From: a virus
Strand: one strand, 5' to 3'
IMG/VR virus record: IMGVR_UViG_3300028840_006907
Coordinates: 64,001-128,000 of that record
Length of the DNA: 64,000 bases
Shown one piece after another: positions 49,301 through 58,993 of the stretch (its first letter is position 1; each line of letters begins with the position of its first letter). The notes under the pieces were generated by a model. That model was not told the origin of the DNA, did not search any database, and worked only from the letters and a program-made list of their open reading frames with translations. The position numbers and the translations under genes were made by a program.

Positions 49301-49756
49301 TTAGCTCTTTTTGATGAATTTTTTAGTGAGTGCTGTAAAACGATTGTGTCTAATCTCTTCTTTTTTTGGCTCCATTCTAAGGATCTTATTACTCCATAAA
49401 AATTCGCCTTTTTTTAGTATAAACCATATATCTTCTTCTACTAAATAACCCAATTCAAGATGGTCATGTTTCTTAAATAGTCTCCCTAAAACATTTATAA
49501 TGTCATCTGGAATGATAAAGGTTATGACAGAATTTCTAAGATTTGCTACGAATTGCTTTATTTCGGTTTTTTTTATTGGGTCAATAATTTTTTCTATTAA
49601 AACAGTGACTGTATTTTTTCTTAGAATTTTGTTAGTATAAAAATTGTGCATTATTGTTCTCCTTAACAATAATACACAATTTAGGTAAGAAAGATTTAGA
49701 AAAAAATTAAATAATTTTATCCCAGTCGAATCCTGGGCCAATATCAAGTTTTCCAT
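49301..49756 (-). CDS. hypothetical protein (paralog of 50631-50987)
   Basis: Shares C-terminal EFLWSNKI...RFTALTK block with the ORF on the other side of the amidase. Confidence 0.4.
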   Translation of the reverse strand: MENLILAQDSTGIKLFNFFLNLSYLNCVLLLRRTIMHNFYTNKILRKNTVTVLIEKIIDPIKKTEIKQFVANLRNSVITFIIPDDIINVLGRLFKKHDHLELGYLVEEDIWFILKKGEFLWSNKILRMEPKKEEIRHNRFTALTKKFIKKS

Positions 49757-50627
49757 AGCCTCGATAGTTTACATGTGAACAAATTCCCTGGAAAGTCTGA
49801 GCTTCCTCTTTAGAAGGGAATAATCTGTAACGTTTATTCTCTGGAAGTAGTTCATGAGGAATATTGAATCTACTACATAGATAGGCTAATAAGTTACGAA
49901 GAGAGTCATATTGCTCTTCTGTGAAAGTAGCAAAATACGTATATTTGCGAAATGGCGTATCCAATTTAACATAAAATTCATCTTCATTAATGCCACAATA
50001 TTTCGTTCCGTAAACGGTATGTAAGTCTCCATTCTCTCTTACCAATGGGCCTATATTGGATAATTCAATAGCGATACTTCGTTTCGAATTTATACCATTT
50101 CCACCGACAGATCCTCGGCCCAGATGGTATGACCAATATCTTGGATCAAAAAGCTCGTATACAACACCATTTCGGCCTATCACATAAGCCGTAGACATAT
50201 GGACATCCTGCTCAGTCAGAGAGGCTAAATCACTCCGTAAAAACCCAACTGTAAAATGCAAGACTACCATATCTTTATCATATTCTGTCTCATAATAATA
50301 GCCAGTCACACCCTTTGGAGTTAAAATCGATAAAGGGAAAGTGAATGACCCATCTTCTTTCACATCATAAGAGACTCCGTCAGTATCTTTTTTTGTCCTT
50401 TCAAATTTTTCCTCGTGATTAGTAATACCTTCAGGGTACATCATTACCTCCTTTGTCTGATTGGTATTATCCTTTTCTGGTTCTTCTTTAATAGGCTCCG
50501 GCATTAAAGAAGTAGATGCAATAACTGATTCTTTTATTTTTGGTTGATCAGTTATTTTTTTGTTTGACTCGGTATTTGCAAACATTTGGCTTAAAAACCT
50601 GAAAAATGATTCTAATAAATTTTTCAT
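49707..50627 (-). CDS. N-acetylmuramoyl-L-alanine amidase (amidase_2/PGRP-like), probable endolysin
   Basis: HFTVG, YHLG, SIAIELSNIG and SHVNY...DIGPGFDW blocks parallel T7 lysozyme-type motifs. Confidence 0.6.
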   Translation of the reverse strand: MKNLLESFFRFLSQMFANTESNKKITDQPKIKESVIASTSLMPEPIKEEPEKDNTNQTKEVMMYPEGITNHEEKFERTKKDTDGVSYDVKEDGSFTFPLSILTPKGVTGYYYETEYDKDMVVLHFTVGFLRSDLASLTEQDVHMSTAYVIGRNGVVYELFDPRYWSYHLGRGSVGGNGINSKRSIAIELSNIGPLVRENGDLHTVYGTKYCGINEDEFYVKLDTPFRKYTYFATFTEEQYDSLRNLLAYLCSRFNIPHELLPENKRYRLFPSKEEAQTFQGICSHVNYRGYGKLDIGPGFDWDKII

Positions 50628-50630
50628 AGT

Positions 50631-50987
50631 TTAACCTCCTTCCTTTATAAGTGCAGTATACCGATTGAACCTTTTCTTTGGTTCTGATTTTACTTCTTTA
50701 GGTTTTTCTGTAGTGATTTTAAAGTTACTCCATAGAATTTCCTCACCTAGAATCACAAACCATAATCTGTGTTTTCGGATATAACCTACATCACATATAT
50801 TATTTTTAAGAAGTACTTGATTAATTTTATAAAGAGTACCATTTGGTATCTTTAAACTAATCGTCCTATCTACATTGCGTGCATAAGTATCACCACCCTC
50901 CGTAAAAAGTAATACTTTGTTATAAGTGTCTTGTAATTCATCTATGGGAACATAAATAGGAAATTTTTTACTCATAATTCTACCCAA
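50631..50987 (-). CDS. hypothetical protein (paralog of 49301-49756)
   Basis: C-terminal ILWSNFKI...RYTALIK block. Confidence 0.4.
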   Translation of the reverse strand: MGRIMSKKFPIYVPIDELQDTYNKVLLFTEGGDTYARNVDRTISLKIPNGTLYKINQVLLKNNICDVGYIRKHRLWFVILGEEILWSNFKITTEKPKEVKSEPKKRFNRYTALIKEGG

Positions 50988-51305
50988 TTCATTATATATT
51001 TAAAATTCACCCTCAATACATTATACAAGATGTATAAGAGAGAAATTTGGTACTATTTTACTTTTTGAATATATTTAAGAGTACATCTTCAACTTTTTGC
51101 TTTGTAAGTTTTGTCTTTTTAGTGGCATATAGATATTGAATATCCAATAAATATTTCTTGGCTTCATTCATCTCATTTGAGGTATCTGTCTTTGATGTTT
51201 TTAAGTCCATAAGGTTAAAAAATAAAATTAAAGGATTATTACAGAAATTAATTATATTAAAAACAGATTTATAAAGAAAAAAACCATATTTACAAGAGAA
51301 CTACC

Positions 51306-51476
51306 ATGCCGAAATGTAGCGTATGTGGCCAGGATAAAGGAACTGTTGATAGAAATATGTTTGATGGTATGTGTGCTGAATGTACGGATAAAGCTTTATA
51401 TGACCCTTCAGTTAGTAAAAAGGCTGAAGAGAATAATAAATTACTTAAACAATTAAATGAATTGAACATTTTTTAG
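51306..51476 (+). CDS. micro zinc-ribbon protein (56 aa)
   Basis: Hand-translated MPKCSVCGQDKG...CAEC; weak RBS. Confidence 0.3.
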   Translation: MPKCSVCGQDKGTVDRNMFDGMCAECTDKALYDPSVSKKAEENNKLLKQLNELNIF

Positions 51477-51484
51477 GATTAATT

Positions 51485-51946
51485 ATGCTAGATAAAGTAC
51501 CTACATTATATGTATTAATCGGTATCCCGGGTTCAGGGAAGAGCCGTTGGGCCATAAAGAATTCTCAGTATTACCGAATATGTCCTGATGATATGATGAA
51601 TCAGAAGAATAATATCAATGCTCATTTAATTGTAAGAGGAATGTTGATCACAGCTTTAAAATTTGGTATAGACACCGTTTTAGACGGGACTAATCTTAAT
51701 ACACGTTTTCGTAGAGAGATGTTTGCTAAACTCCCATTTCATAAAAGATGTGCAAAAATGTTTGAGATAGATCCTGAAATAGCTTTTGACCGCATGAGCA
51801 AAGATATAAAAGACGGTATTTATAGAGCCGATGTACCTAAATCCACATTTTATCGATATTATGGAGATTTTTTATATTGTAAAGAGGCTGTGAAAGAAGA
51901 AGAAGAATTCGATTCGATAGATTATGTTGATCAGGATTCATTTTAA
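51485..51946 (+). CDS. P-loop kinase-like protein
   Basis: Walker A GIPGSGKS near N-terminus. Confidence 0.5.
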   Translation: MLDKVPTLYVLIGIPGSGKSRWAIKNSQYYRICPDDMMNQKNNINAHLIVRGMLITALKFGIDTVLDGTNLNTRFRREMFAKLPFHKRCAKMFEIDPEIAFDRMSKDIKDGIYRADVPKSTFYRYYGDFLYCKEAVKEEEEFDSIDYVDQDSF

Positions 51947-52063
51947 GTCATCTACTTCAAAGACCCACAGAAAAACCATATATAGTAAGAAAAAATCTGT
52001 TTTCTCTGAAAAATGTATTATTTTAATATCTATATATAATATAGAGCATAGGAGGAAACTGAT

Positions 52064-52522
52064 ATGAATATAAGAGATAGAGTGTTAGATCTTTTAGAGA
52101 AAAGTTCGAAACCCTTATCTTCAGAAGAAATTGCAAAGCAATTGAAGCTAACTAATCGGCAGGTTCAAGAAGCAAACACAAAACTTAAAAGACAAAAGCG
52201 TATTAAATCACATGGTATTCGTCCATGTAAGTTTTCGTTTCTCACAAGAGAACTAGGGACAAAACTATCAACCAAAAAAGTCGAAAAGAAAAAAACTGAA
52301 AAGAAGAAAACGACTGTTAAAAATAGTTCTTCTTTTAAATTTAATGGCTACATATTGATGTTTTTAACGGAGGATTCTCCTGACCCTAAGATGCTCCATG
52401 ATTTTGATAATGCTAAAGAATTAACTGATAAATTCGAAGAACTTCAAGATATGGATGGATTGATTGATATAGCGGCTTATTCAAAAATTGGGATGGTTCG
52501 AAAACTACAATTAGAAATTTAA
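52064..52522 (+). CDS. hypothetical protein with N-terminal HTH-like segment
   Basis: 152-aa ORF, AGGAGG RBS. Confidence 0.45.
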   Translation: MNIRDRVLDLLEKSSKPLSSEEIAKQLKLTNRQVQEANTKLKRQKRIKSHGIRPCKFSFLTRELGTKLSTKKVEKKKTEKKKTTVKNSSSFKFNGYILMFLTEDSPDPKMLHDFDNAKELTDKFEELQDMDGLIDIAAYSKIGMVRKLQLEI

Positions 52523-52523
52523 T

Positions 52524-53405
52524 TTATTTGTCTATATAGTGATAGCCCATTTTCTCCCACTGCTCTCTGAATTGAATAGCTTCATATTCTATCCCTAATA
52601 AATTTATTAGTATCTTTTCACTCTTTTTTGTTTTTTGTTGAATAGCTTGTTTAGTGATTTTATAAGAGTTAGCTAATTCTTCAAAAGTCCATTTACCTTT
52701 ATTATCCAAATTATACCGATGGATAATAATATTTTGTTGTTGTTCATTTAAATAGTTTTTTATGACTCTTCGAATGATAACATCTATTTCCGAATTCTCA
52801 TATTCTTTTCCGGTTAAGTAATGTTCATCAAGATCAGGTATATTATTTATTAGAAGGATGTCTTCAATTTCATTTCCATTACCTATGGGTTCATAGAGAG
52901 ATTCAACTTTTAATAATTTAAATCTCAATTTTTCCTTTTCTGTATATCTAATGTGAGGCATGTATTTTGTAATTATATTCTTTCTCGCTATTGGTGGTAT
53001 CATACTCATTATAAAAGTGGTCTCTTTATAAGCTGGGTTATAGCATTTACTTGAATGGGTGAGAATAGTAAGATTGATTTCATTTATAATATCCTGATAT
53101 TCTACTCCACCTTGTAAAGAGGTATATATCTTCTTTGCTATATTCACGACTATTCCTTCGTGTTTGGCTGGATCTATACGGTATATCTGTCGTATTAAAA
53201 TTTCTTTTCCTTTTATGGATGGTGAAGGTCTTTCTTTAAAGAGGCGGTATTCAGCTATTTTATTTTTTATTTGTTTAATTCCCGCTTTTTTGGCTGTCTT
53301 TTCATCGGTACAATTTGTTACTACTGCTGTGAATACTCTTTTGGAACCACTGAGATTTAATTTATCAGCTTTACCTTGTAATTTTACCTTAACTTCAAAT
53401 AGCAT
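52524..53405 (-). CDS. sigma-70-family-like factor
   Basis: C-terminal TFEELANSYKITKQAIQQ resembles sigma region 4 HTH. Confidence 0.45.
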   Translation of the reverse strand: MLFEVKVKLQGKADKLNLSGSKRVFTAVVTNCTDEKTAKKAGIKQIKNKIAEYRLFKERPSPSIKGKEILIRQIYRIDPAKHEGIVVNIAKKIYTSLQGGVEYQDIINEINLTILTHSSKCYNPAYKETTFIMSMIPPIARKNIITKYMPHIRYTEKEKLRFKLLKVESLYEPIGNGNEIEDILLINNIPDLDEHYLTGKEYENSEIDVIIRRVIKNYLNEQQQNIIIHRYNLDNKGKWTFEELANSYKITKQAIQQKTKKSEKILINLLGIEYEAIQFREQWEKMGYHYIDK

Positions 53406-53564
53406 TATAACTCTCTTATTTTTTATATGAATATTTTCCAGGAATCACCCTAGCATGATCTGTGATATTTTGTTGTGGAATTTATTTAAATTACAGTTTA
53501 TGGGATTCTAATTATGACATGAATATTTAAAGAATATTACGATTTAATTTATTTGAAGAAGTTG

Positions 53565-53593
53565 TTGACTTTTTATTCGAAATTGAGTATACT
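53565..53593 (+). promoter_or_regulatory. sigma70-like promoter
   Basis: TTGACT, 17-nt spacer, TATACT. Confidence 0.5.
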
Positions 53594-53757
53594 ATACAAA
53601 TAGCAAATGAAATTTAAATTAAAGAAGGAAAAATGACTTCAATAAATCTAAGCGCAATTATAAAAACAGCGGGAGCCACCGGGACAACAGTCGTAGTGGG
53701 TACGGCAGGAGTATTGCCTTAGAGGAAGTCTATATTATATATAAAGTCAAAGAAAAA

Positions 53758-53792
53758 GGACTTCCTCGATAAAAAGAGGGAGTCCTTTTTTT
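53758..53792 (+). terminator. rho-independent terminator
   Basis: GGACTTCCTC/GAGGGAGTCC stem followed by TTTTTTT. Confidence 0.55.
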
Positions 53793-53794
53793 AT

Positions 53795-53868
53795 GCCGGA
53801 ATAGCTCAGTTGGCCAGAGCGGTTGATTTGTAATCAATTCGTCGGGGGTTCGAATCCCTCTTTCGGCT
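53795..53868 (+). tRNA. tRNA-Thr (anticodon TGT)
   Basis: GCCGGAA/TTTCGGC acceptor, loop TTTGTAA, T-arm GGGGG TTCGAAT CCCTC. Confidence 0.65.
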
Positions 53869-53934
53869 TGTAAATTTATTTGGAAAGGAGATGACATGAT
53901 GGCGAAAGTGTGATACTTAAACAAAGGAGCCGTT

Positions 53935-54234
53935 ATGTCTCATCCGAAAAACAAAAGAGAACGTTTTCTTATTGGGAAACGTAAAGGGGAAAAACGTTCT
54001 TATTTGTATTGGAGTGGTTATTCCAATTGGTTTGACCTTCCAGATTATTTCTATAAGAAAAGCCCTCGTAATAAGGGTGTTGAGTATGAGGAGAAAAAGA
54101 GATTACTCGAAAAGAGTAAAGCAATAAGAAGGGATACAACAAAGTTATGCTCTTGTCCTCAGTGTGGAAATCCGCGCAGACATTTTAAAGAGCGTACTTT
54201 ACAAGAAAAAAGATATTTTACTGCGGGGGGCTAG
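53935..54234 (+). CDS. basic zinc-finger protein
   Basis: 99 aa, CSCPQCG motif; 3' end overlaps next tRNA. Confidence 0.45.
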   Translation: MSHPKNKRERFLIGKRKGEKRSYLYWSGYSNWFDLPDYFYKKSPRNKGVEYEEKKRLLEKSKAIRRDTTKLCSCPQCGNPRRHFKERTLQEKRYFTAGG

Positions 54235-54294
54235 GCCTGGTGGTCTGGCAGGTCTCATAAGCCTGCAACTCAAGTTCAATTCTTGGCCCCGCAA
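54222..54294 (+). tRNA. tRNA with CAT anticodon (Met or Ile2)
   Basis: TGCGGGG/CCCCGCA acceptor, loop CTCATAA, T-loop TTCAATT. Confidence 0.5.
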
Positions 54295-54314
54295 ATGCAT
54301 ATAAAGGGGAAATA

Positions 54315-54683
54315 ATGGGAATGGATATACATGAGTGTTTTGAATATAAATTAAAATCATTTAATGAAATGGTTGCAAAGATCAATGAGAAACCGAAAGA
54401 AGATGAAGAGATCGATCTTGATAAACCTTATATCAGTCAATGGGATCATTTTGAGAGCTTCTTGAGGGAATTAATCTCTGATGATCACAGTCGGTTTAAA
54501 AGTGCTATTTTATGGCTTTTCTTTGCTGATGAAGAATTAGAGTTGCATGAAAAGATGAAAAACTTGTTTAACATATTAACAGATTTTGACGATAAACAAT
54601 TGATCTCTATGGTTTATGATTCGGGTTGTGATCGAGTGAAAGTTGATTTTGATAAATCGGAAAGTATAATTCATATGGAATAA
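54315..54683 (+). CDS. hypothetical acidic protein
   Basis: 122-aa ORF. Confidence 0.45.
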   Translation: MGMDIHECFEYKLKSFNEMVAKINEKPKEDEEIDLDKPYISQWDHFESFLRELISDDHSRFKSAILWLFFADEELELHEKMKNLFNILTDFDDKQLISMVYDSGCDRVKVDFDKSESIIHME

Positions 54684-54689
54684 AAATGG

Positions 54690-54765
54690 GGGCCGGAATG
54701 TTCCAAGGGGGCGAGAATGCCTTGCAAGCAATCTGCGGTGAGTTCGATTCTCACTCGGTCCACCA
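54690..54765 (+). tRNA. tRNA-Ala (anticodon TGC), CCA encoded
   Basis: G3-U70 wobble in acceptor stem, loop CTTGCAA, T-arm GTGAG TTCGATT CTCAC. Confidence 0.6.
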
Positions 54766-54919
54766 TAAGTAAAATAACAAAATCTTTCAAAAGGAAGTAG
54801 GCTTAAGAGTAGCCACTTTAATGAGTGATGAAAGGCGATGTGCACACGAATTTCGTGGAGTAGTTATCCGAATAGTCTTTGGTGTAACAACACACCTTTT
54901 GAAAGATTATTAATATAAT

Positions 54920-54994
54920 GCGAGTGTAGTTCAATGGCAGAACCCCACCCTTCCAAGGTGGTTGTTGTGAGTTCAAATCTCATCACTCGCTCCA
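54920..54994 (+). tRNA. tRNA-Gly (anticodon TCC), CCA encoded
   Basis: GCGAGTG/CACTCGC acceptor, loop CTTCCAA. Confidence 0.7.
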
Positions 54995-55001
54995 AATTTA
55001 T

Positions 55002-55076
55002 GCGGTAGTAGCTCAATGGTGGAGTTCCTCTTTGCCAAGGAGGAGGTTATCGGTTCAAGCCCGATCTACCGCTCCA
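55002..55076 (+). tRNA. tRNA-Gly (anticodon GCC), CCA encoded
   Basis: GCGGTAG/CTACCGC acceptor, loop TTGCCAA. Confidence 0.7.
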
Positions 55077-55166
55077 GGTCAAAGGCTCTGGCAGGTTGCC
55101 TTAAATAAAATGGGGTGTGGGTACCTAGGCACTTCTCACATCTCTGCCTGACCTGATTAAATTTAC

Positions 55167-55245
55167 GGGCGCGTAGCCTAGCTGGTTAGGGCACCTGTTT
55201 TACACGCAGGAGATTTCGTAGGTTCAAGTCCTACCGCGCCTACCA
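55167..55245 (+). tRNA. tRNA-Val (anticodon TAC), CCA encoded
   Basis: Loop TTTACAC, T-arm GTAGG TTCAAGT CCTAC; 7-nt variable region. Confidence 0.55.
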
Positions 55246-55253
55246 TAAATCAA

Positions 55254-55328
55254 GCCGGAGTAGCTCAGAGGCAGAGCAACGCTCTCGTAAAGCGTAGGTC
55301 AAGGGTTCAAGTCCCTTTTCCGGCTCCA
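55254..55328 (+). tRNA. tRNA-Thr (anticodon CGT), CCA encoded
   Basis: Stem ACGCT/AGCGT, loop CTCGTAA. Confidence 0.65.
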
Positions 55329-55424
55329 TTATGAAAGAAGAAATAATATGCCAAAAGCAGAAAGGGCAGATGCCCATTAACTATCTCTGGAAAAACAATT
55401 GATGGAAATTTCGTTGTTAAGGGT

Positions 55425-55655
55425 GTGTTTCCATTATTCTCTTCATTAACAGGCTTACCTCTTGAAGATATCCTAGAAGTTTTAAAACAGAATAATATGA
55501 TTGTGGATTGGCTGGATTTTTATGACCAGGCAATGGAAGAGAATTGGAAACCGAAACGGACTTTATTGAAAATTCGTGATTCGGTCGGAGAGGTATATGG
55601 ATCTAAGGTAGGAGAAGAGATCATGAAAAAATTTAAAATTTTTCGGGATATTTGA
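55425..55655 (+). CDS. hypothetical small protein
   Basis: 76-aa ORF. Confidence 0.4.
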   Translation: MFPLFSSLTGLPLEDILEVLKQNNMIVDWLDFYDQAMEENWKPKRTLLKIRDSVGEVYGSKVGEEIMKKFKIFRDI

Positions 55656-55705
55656 TATTCTAGTCTCGTATAATATTTATAGGGATATTTAAATATAAAT
55701 AATAA

Positions 55706-56290
55706 ATGGAGGGAAATATGGTAAATAAAGATCCAGAAGATGTGGCTTTATTCGACATGGATGGCACTCTCTGTGACTACGAGAAAGGACTTATAAAGAG
55801 CTTGGAACAACTCAGGTCACCAATGGAGCCTCCTGTAACGAAACCACCTTCAAAAAGTTCCCCGAACTATTTAAGGGTACGTGCGGATCTGGTACGTACG
55901 AATGAAGATTGGTATGTTAACCTTGATCGATTTGAACTTGGTTTTGATATCTGGAATATTGCTGAAGAACTCGATTATACCAGAATGATTTTAACCCAAG
56001 GCCCGAAACGAAATCCATTCGCATGGTCTGGGAAAAAGATGTGGATCGATAAGCATCTGGGGACGGATGTTGGCATCACCATCACGCGAGATAAAGGGTT
56101 AGTGTATGGACGTGTTCTTGTAGATGACTACCCAGGATATATCAATCGTTGGTTGGAATGGCGTAGGAACGGGTTGGTAGTAATGCCAGCTAGTAGAATT
56201 AATGGTGATTTCAAGCATCCTCAGGTTATCCGATATGACGGGAGTAATTTAAATGAAGTCAGAGAAAGAATGATTGCAGTGAAGAGGTAA
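55706..56290 (+). CDS. HAD-superfamily hydrolase (5'-nucleotidase-like)
   Basis: Motif I FDMDGTL. Confidence 0.5.
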   Translation: MEGNMVNKDPEDVALFDMDGTLCDYEKGLIKSLEQLRSPMEPPVTKPPSKSSPNYLRVRADLVRTNEDWYVNLDRFELGFDIWNIAEELDYTRMILTQGPKRNPFAWSGKKMWIDKHLGTDVGITITRDKGLVYGRVLVDDYPGYINRWLEWRRNGLVVMPASRINGDFKHPQVIRYDGSNLNEVRERMIAVKR

Positions 56291-56291
56291 T

Positions 56292-56693
56292 ATGAGAATG
56301 GTTTATTGTTTTCAAGATTTTGGGTCACACGGATTAATATATCCTCTTGAAGGTGATAATACTCCTAATATGGTTTTTTATATTGAGGAAAATGAAAACG
56401 GTATTTTAGATAATGCATATTTAATGAATACTATTTTTTGTAAAACAAAAGAGATATTCAATACAATTCTTAATAGAATTAAGAATGATCTATTTGAAGT
56501 GAAATATAAAGATTATTCGATTATGTTTAAAGCAATGAAATCGGATAAATCTTATGTGGGTAAATTAAAAAAGCCTTCGAATTCTCTATGGACATTAACA
56601 GAAATTGAAAAAAAAGATACAATCACTCAAATAGATTTATTTATAAAATGTGGCATTGTTCTAATAGGTTATTCTGAGGGAAAAGTAAAATGA
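56292..56693 (+). CDS. hypothetical protein
   Basis: 133-aa ORF. Confidence 0.4.
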   Translation: MRMVYCFQDFGSHGLIYPLEGDNTPNMVFYIEENENGILDNAYLMNTIFCKTKEIFNTILNRIKNDLFEVKYKDYSIMFKAMKSDKSYVGKLKKPSNSLWTLTEIEKKDTITQIDLFIKCGIVLIGYSEGKVK

Positions 56694-56902
56694 ATAATTT
56701 AAATAATTCCGAAGATTTAATTCAAAATTTATCTAATAGATCGCTTTTTTTATTAGATCAAGTCTCTGTTTTGAAAAACGATGAAGATTTTCTACTTTTA
56801 TGTTTACATATTGATTCATTGAAATCTTTCGAAAAAAAGATATTTATTAAATTACTTGAGAAAGAAAATATGGATTTTTATGAAAGATTTAAAAATTTAT
56901 GA
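56690..56902 (+). CDS. hypothetical small protein
   Basis: 70-aa ORF, overlapping stop/start. Confidence 0.35.
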   Translation: MNNLNNSEDLIQNLSNRSLFLLDQVSVLKNDEDFLLLCLHIDSLKSFEKKIFIKLLEKENMDFYERFKNL

Positions 56903-57333
56903 AATGTCCTGTTTGTAGTACTAAAATAAAAACAATGCCGAATGACGAAGATACGGTTTATTGCCCTAATTGCCATTCAGAGATTCCTCAAAGATTTGCT
57001 GAGAATTTTGAATTATATAAAGAAATGGGAAAAAGGATCAATCCATTCAATGAAATTGAAATCGCTCCTCAGGTCTTAGCGGATCAGTATGAAGATATTG
57101 CAAATCATTTTATACCACAAATCATTGGAGTAAAAGGATTCCTGATAACTGATGAATCGAGTTTGCTTGATTTTAATTTCGAAATTGTAGATGGGAAAAT
57201 AAAAAGAGAGACCAAAAAGACACTGAAGAAAATAAAAAAAATTTATGATGTAGATGTATCTGATATCAAAGATTTGAATTTAATGAAAATCTTTGAACGG
57301 TTAAGGATATTATCACCTGTATTTAATCAGTAA
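56899..57333 (+). CDS. zinc-ribbon protein
   Basis: CPVC...CPNC N-terminus. Confidence 0.45.
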   Translation: MKCPVCSTKIKTMPNDEDTVYCPNCHSEIPQRFAENFELYKEMGKRINPFNEIEIAPQVLADQYEDIANHFIPQIIGVKGFLITDESSLLDFNFEIVDGKIKRETKKTLKKIKKIYDVDVSDIKDLNLMKIFERLRILSPVFNQ

Positions 57334-57475
57334 AGTGAGGTATTATGCTTTATTTAATTATTAACTCAATAATGATTCTTATAGCTATAGGGGTTTTAGT
57401 AATGTTCTATAGATTCAGTGAACAAGATATTGGCATGGAGTATGCCAGGGACGGATTACCATATAAGGGGAAAAT

Positions 57476-58360
57476 GTGGATTTAATAATTGAAACAGATA
57501 TAGGTCATGATCCTGATGATTTCTTTGCACTCTGTTATTTCTTTTCTGTAGGAGTAAATGTACGGGCTATTTTAATCTCACCAGGAGATGAATCACAAGT
57601 TGCTATTGTTCGTTTTCTCCTCTCTGAACTGGGTAGAGAGGATGTAGTTGTAGGTGTCCCGGAACTGGGCAGAAGAAAGGAATATTTAACAAGTATTCAT
57701 AAATATTTTATTATAAGATATAATTATCCACGTTTTTCAGATGATTGTTGTGTTGGTGAAGAAATTCTTCATACTGTTTTTGATATATACCCTCAGAGTG
57801 AATTGTTTATTTGTGGTGCAATAAGAAATATTGGTAATTATCTTATCAGAAATGAAAATATAAAAATACCGAAAGCAGTCATGCAAGGTGGGTTTATAGG
57901 ATACGATACTCATGGTATTGATGTACCTAAATTAGATAAGTTCATTGGTAAAGAGAGTGTACCAACTTTTAATCTCAATGGATATGTCAGAGGTTCTCAG
58001 GCTTTTTTAAATCATTATAATATTGGGGAAAGATGGTTTGTTTCTAAAAATGTGTGTCACACAGCTATCTATGATTCAAAGATCCATGAAAAAGTTACGG
58101 CTATTCCGGCCAAGAACAGAGCAATGGAATTATTCCAGGAAGGAATGACAGAGTATTTAAGGAAACATCCTAAAGGTAAGAAATTCCATGATCCAACGGC
58201 AGCGGTATGCCATCTTCATCCTGAAATCGGGACTTGGGTAAAAGCCCGGTTATATCGATATCAAGGGGGATGGGGTTCTCGTATAGACGGTAATGGTGAT
58301 AATATTATAGTTGATATTGATCATAAAAAATTATGGGATTACATTGCAAAAGGAAAATAA
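57476..58360 (+). CDS. nucleoside hydrolase (IUNH-like)
   Basis: N-terminal IETDIGHDPDD matches the DxDxxxDD fingerprint. Confidence 0.55.
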   Translation: MDLIIETDIGHDPDDFFALCYFFSVGVNVRAILISPGDESQVAIVRFLLSELGREDVVVGVPELGRRKEYLTSIHKYFIIRYNYPRFSDDCCVGEEILHTVFDIYPQSELFICGAIRNIGNYLIRNENIKIPKAVMQGGFIGYDTHGIDVPKLDKFIGKESVPTFNLNGYVRGSQAFLNHYNIGERWFVSKNVCHTAIYDSKIHEKVTAIPAKNRAMELFQEGMTEYLRKHPKGKKFHDPTAAVCHLHPEIGTWVKARLYRYQGGWGSRIDGNGDNIIVDIDHKKLWDYIAKGK

Positions 58361-58369
58361 TAGTTTGAT

Positions 58370-58645
58370 ATGTTACAGATTGCTTTTGATGTAGATGGTT
58401 GTTTAATTCAACAAATTGGGGTAAAAGAAGATACTCCCCGATATGATGTTATTGCTCTTTATCGTTTATTTGAAAAATTTGAAAATGATCTGTACATTTG
58501 GTCCGGCGGTGGTATAGATTATGCTACTAGATGGAGAGATAAATTAGGTTTAACAGGTGAGGTCGTTCAAAAAGGCTCTTTTAAACCTGATATTGCTGTT
58601 GATGACGAAGAAGTTGATCTTGGTATAGTAAATTTAAGGGTTTGA
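58370..58645 (+). CDS. hypothetical protein
   Basis: 91-aa ORF. Confidence 0.4.
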   Translation: MLQIAFDVDGCLIQQIGVKEDTPRYDVIALYRLFEKFENDLYIWSGGGIDYATRWRDKLGLTGEVVQKGSFKPDIAVDDEEVDLGIVNLRV

Positions 58646-58646
58646 T

Positions 58647-58829
58647 ATGAATGCAAATAATGAAGAAAATCTGGATCAGGAAGATACTGGTTTTATATTA
58701 TGGTGTTTAGGATTTGTCCTTGGTGTATCAGAAGGTTTAGATGATAAACATAAAAAATTTATAAAAGATAATCATGATAGGGTTGCTTTAAAAATAGGCC
58801 GAATACATGAGAGGCAACAGGTAAATTAA
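58647..58829 (+). CDS. hypothetical small protein
   Basis: 60-aa ORF. Confidence 0.3.
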   Translation: MNANNEENLDQEDTGFILWCLGFVLGVSEGLDDKHKKFIKDNHDRVALKIGRIHERQQVN

Positions 58830-58993
58830 TGGGACTTATAGGAAAACCTAATAAAGAATATAAAATCCGATTAAAATATTGGACCAAAGGCATGGAAATA
58901 CAATGCCCTAGTTGTAAAACAATGGTTAAAGAACCCTATAAATGTCCTAAATGTTTTTCTATTCTTAAACCATATGTTAAGGGGAAAAGATGA
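58829..58993 (+). CDS. micro zinc-ribbon protein (54 aa)
   Basis: Hand-translated MGLIGKPNKEY...CPSCK...CPKC; start and stop overlap neighbours. Confidence 0.35.
   Translation: MGLIGKPNKEYKIRLKYWTKGMEIQCPSCKTMVKEPYKCPKCFSILKPYVKGKR

Noticed and set aside
53730-54845. Minus-strand ORFs 53730-53924 and 54576-54845
   Set aside because: Both overlap plus-strand tRNA genes (Thr, Ala) and have no RBS.
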